Shown piece by piece: positions 59,030 to 64,000 of a stretch of 64,000 bases of DNA (the first letter of the stretch is position 1; each line of letters begins with the position of its first letter). The notes beneath the pieces were generated by a model. The model was not told where the DNA came from and did not search any database. It saw nothing but the letters and a program-made list of their open reading frames with translations. The position numbers were made by a program, and so were the translations under genes. This stretch comes from the human T2T-CHM13v2.0 reference genome, Homo sapiens. The stretch lies in the NCBI RefSeq assembly GCF_009914755.1, contig NC_060933.1; one strand, 5' to 3'.

Positions 59030-59900
59030 ATTCATTTTTTTCAGTTATCTTCCACGTTTACTCTAAGGCAGTTCTGAGCCCTGGGCATGTATGAGTGAAT
59101 GAGGCAGGCAAAGCCCCTGCCCTCATGGAGCCTATACTCTGGAAGGATGAGACTGATAGAGAATAATACCTAATGTCAGATGTGATCAGTGCAGTGAATT
59201 AAAATGAAGAGTAAGAGGGGGAGAGAGTGACCGGGTCCAGGAAGTTCTCATGTATATGAGAACAATAAAGTGCCATGTTGGCTGGGGGAGGTCAGAGAGG
59301 CAAGAGCAGATAGGACCTTGTCACCATTGTTGGGACTTTGATTCCTACCCTGAATGACGTGGGAACACATTAAAGTGCTTTGGGGAGAAGAGTGATGTGA
59401 TCTAAATTACACTAAATAGGACTGTCCTTACTCTTCTATTGAGAGTAGATTATAGGGGGCAAGCGTGGAAGCAGGGAGGCCAGCAGGAGCTTATTTTAAT
59501 AATCCAGGCTGTAGATGGTAGTAGCTTAGACCAGAGTGAGAAACAGTCTGATCCTAGATGTGTTTTGAATGTAGAGCTGACCGAATTTGCTGACTAATTG
59601 CATATTAGGCAAGAGAGACATCAAAGATAACTATGAAGTCTAGTGCCTGAGCAAGTGGAAGAATGAATGGAGTTGTATTCATTAATATTGAGAGTACTAT
59701 AGGAGGAGCAGGTTTGGGATGATGATGGAAAATCTGGAGTTTAGTTTGAATATGTTAAGTTTGAGAGGCCTACACATCCTAGTACAGTCAAGTAGGTATT
59801 AGAATGCCTTAGTCTGTAATACAGTGTAAAGGGCTAGCCTGCAGAGATACATGAGAATCATCAGCTTGCCAACTCAAGGAGGTGATACAATTGGCCAGAC
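59030..59900. mobile_element. L2 fragment
   Basis: ggcaaagcccctgccctcatggagcctatactct; gaagcagggaggccagcaggagc; gttaagtttgagaggcct. Confidence 0.65.
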
Positions 59901-60884
59901 CTGATAAGAGGTGGGACTTCAGGGCCCAGGCTTGCTTGCTTATATCCCCAAGGCCCCTTGGACACATGCTTGGTGGCCTAACCCACTGGATAGTCCAAAT
60001 CATCAAGATAGAGATGGGGTCCTTAAATCTATGGTTTTAAAATGTTTTCTGAGTAATTCTGATATGCATCAGGTTGACCACCACTAGTAAAAGCCTTTAG
60101 ACAAGGATTTTGTTTTTTGGAGACTTAGGGGTTTCCATCTGAAACTTTGAGTCCCACAGGAAATTTGACGGAATGGGAAAGAGAATGGGTTTGGGAGTGG
60201 CTCAGACCTGAGCCTGAATCCAATCTTTTCCTGTTAGTAACTATGAGAGCTCGGATAGGCTTTCCAGGCTCTCTGAGGTTCCATATCCTTTCTTTATAGA
60301 TGCAGCCCATCCCTCTTTCTGCAAATAGGAGTAATTGAACCAAACCCACAGAGTTGTGAAGATTAAGGTAAATTGTTTGTATAAAGCTCCTGGCTTAGAG
60401 TAGACACCAATTAAAAGCTAATCTCACCTGCCACATATAAAACCACTGGAAGAAAACTGTTCTTGAATTTTGTTTCATCTTCATTTGGGGGCAATTATCT
60501 TCTGCTTCTTTCTGTTATCTAATGGCCTAGCCTTCAAGATTTCAGATGTTGTCAGATAAGTTGGTTTTCTTTACCCCCCACCACCATCCTTTGAGCCCAA
60601 GACCGATTTGCTTGGTTGTCTGCTATACAACCACATGGATATTGTTAGACTTTGTGTTTCTGCAGTTGAAGTACTTACACACTTCCACTCTAAAATCTTC
60701 TCTTTGTCCTGTGTTCTTTATCTCACATTTGTATCATCACCTCCCACGTTTTCAGTCTAGAGACGAACACAGTGGTTCTCAACCTTGGCTGCACATTAGA
60801 ATCGCCTTTGGGATTTTAAAAACTGCCGTGTCCAGACCACATGCCAAACCAATTACATCAGAATGTTTAGGAGTGAAATTTCTG

Positions 60885-62530
<1,646 letters not shown>

Positions 62531-63031
62531 TTGTATACTTTACTCAGATTCTCCAGGTACCTAGAATGGCCTTTCCCAGGTCTCTCCCTTTACGGTTCAC
62601 TCTTTCAGAAAGCCCAGCTCGAGCATCATCTGTTCATTAGCCTTCCCAGCCTTACTCTTTCAGGTGGAATTTGTTACTGTGTCTTCTGCAGTGTAAATAT
62701 TAATACATTACAGCCTCACCCACACTCTGCCTCACAGCAGTGAGTGAGCACTCTGACTCTCCACCTGGATAATAAGCTTTTTAAGAGCAGAGGCTGCACC
62801 TCACTTCTTTCAGAGTCCCCCTAGACATAGCACTTGCACATTATAGGTGCTTCATGAATATTTCTTTTGCTCACTTTATCACAGAGAAAATCTTTTAAAA
62901 ATAGATTTTTGGTAAATGACTATATTCAACCAGGCAGTGAAACTTCACATTTCTTCTGTATAGGGAATGCATAATTGTTTCCAGTGTAACCTCCTTATTG
63001 ATTTTAATCAATTTAATCTTTTTTAAACTCC

Positions 63032-63069
63032 TTGGTGTGGGACTCGTGATTTGGTGTAGGACTCATGAT
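63032..63069. repeat. 19-bp tandem duplication
   Basis: ttggtgtgggactcgtgat / ttggtgtaggactcatgat. Confidence 0.85.
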
Positions 63070-64000
63070 TTAGCTTGGGAACTCTCTTTTTCGGGGAAAA
63101 TAAGAGCCTTTTTTCTGATTCTGTGAGAGCACGTGATCACTTTTTGTCATCCTCACATAGAGCAGATTTTCATGGCATAATTTAAGAAGGAAGTGCTTCC
63201 AAAGAGCCAGATTCCTAAGGGAAGATTGGAGTGAATGATGGTAAACCATATAGCTTTTTAGCCTACCTGAGAAGTGGAACTGTACTCTTCTGTACTTTAC
63301 GAAATGGAGTCAGGAGAAATGAAAAGACTCAGTGGTAGCCTTGGAATCCTTAACATTTAATTAGTGTGAAGGAAAAGCAGGCCTGGTGCCAAGGAGACCT
63401 GCTCTCAAACCATCCTATGAGACCACAGAGTGAGTGGTGTGATCAGATTGTATCAGCAGCCTCTAGTGCCATTCCAAAGCACAGTGGGCGGTCATGGTAC
63501 TTCTGAACAGGAAAGCTTTACCTAAGGGTTTGAAAAAATGATGTATACAGAAGCATTTTATAAAAAATTAAAATGTTTAAATGAAGTAATTCAGTACACA
63601 GTGGGGAAGAGCAAGGAAAAACTGGAAGCCACAGGCACCTCTGCATCTTTCTGTCACCCTCTCTAACGCACGCCAGCCTTCATAGTATTAGGGCTGCTGC
63701 TTCAACTTCACCTCCCAAATCTTGCGCAACCTCACTTTGGACCAATTCTGATTTTTGTCCATGGAAACACGCAAGGAAGGGACTCTGGGCAGTGCAGTTC
63801 TCTGTGCAACCAAGTTGTCAGTAGAGCATTCCAGAACACACACACAGACAGGGGAGCCTGGAAGGAGGAAAGAAAGAATATTTTCCCCAGTATCCAGTGC
63901 CTGTTGTGTTGTCTGTGCTGGTTTTTGCTGTTTATCATTGAACACTGATAACAGTCTTACAAATGAGAGATTTCTCAGGGATTCACAGCTAACTAGCAAG

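Overview
Human genomic DNA (it contains a human-specific L1HS) lying inside SH3GL2 (endophilin A1), which is transcribed on the + strand. Only two short coding exons are present: 27863-27931 (69 nt, [23 protein letters not shown]) and 42238-42310 (73 nt, [24 protein letters not shown]). By recall of the protein these are exons 2 and 3 of the N-BAR domain. The rest is intron, densely filled with L1 (mostly antisense to the gene), Alu, MaLR/ERV solo LTRs, DNA-transposon fossils, L2/MIR and simple repeats. Almost all ORFs in the track are repeat-derived or spurious. I found no evidence of a new multi-gene system. The points most worth following up are: a very homogeneous 7 x 111-bp minisatellite that is stop-free on both strands; a candidate recursive-splicing/poison exon in intron 1; a pre-Ta L1HS with no TSD and an apparent target-site deletion; several twin-primed or 3'-transducing L1 insertions; and an ancient ~160-bp dispersed duplication upstream of exon 3. 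Repeat subfamily names come from memory of consensus sequences and need RepeatMasker/Dfam confirmation.
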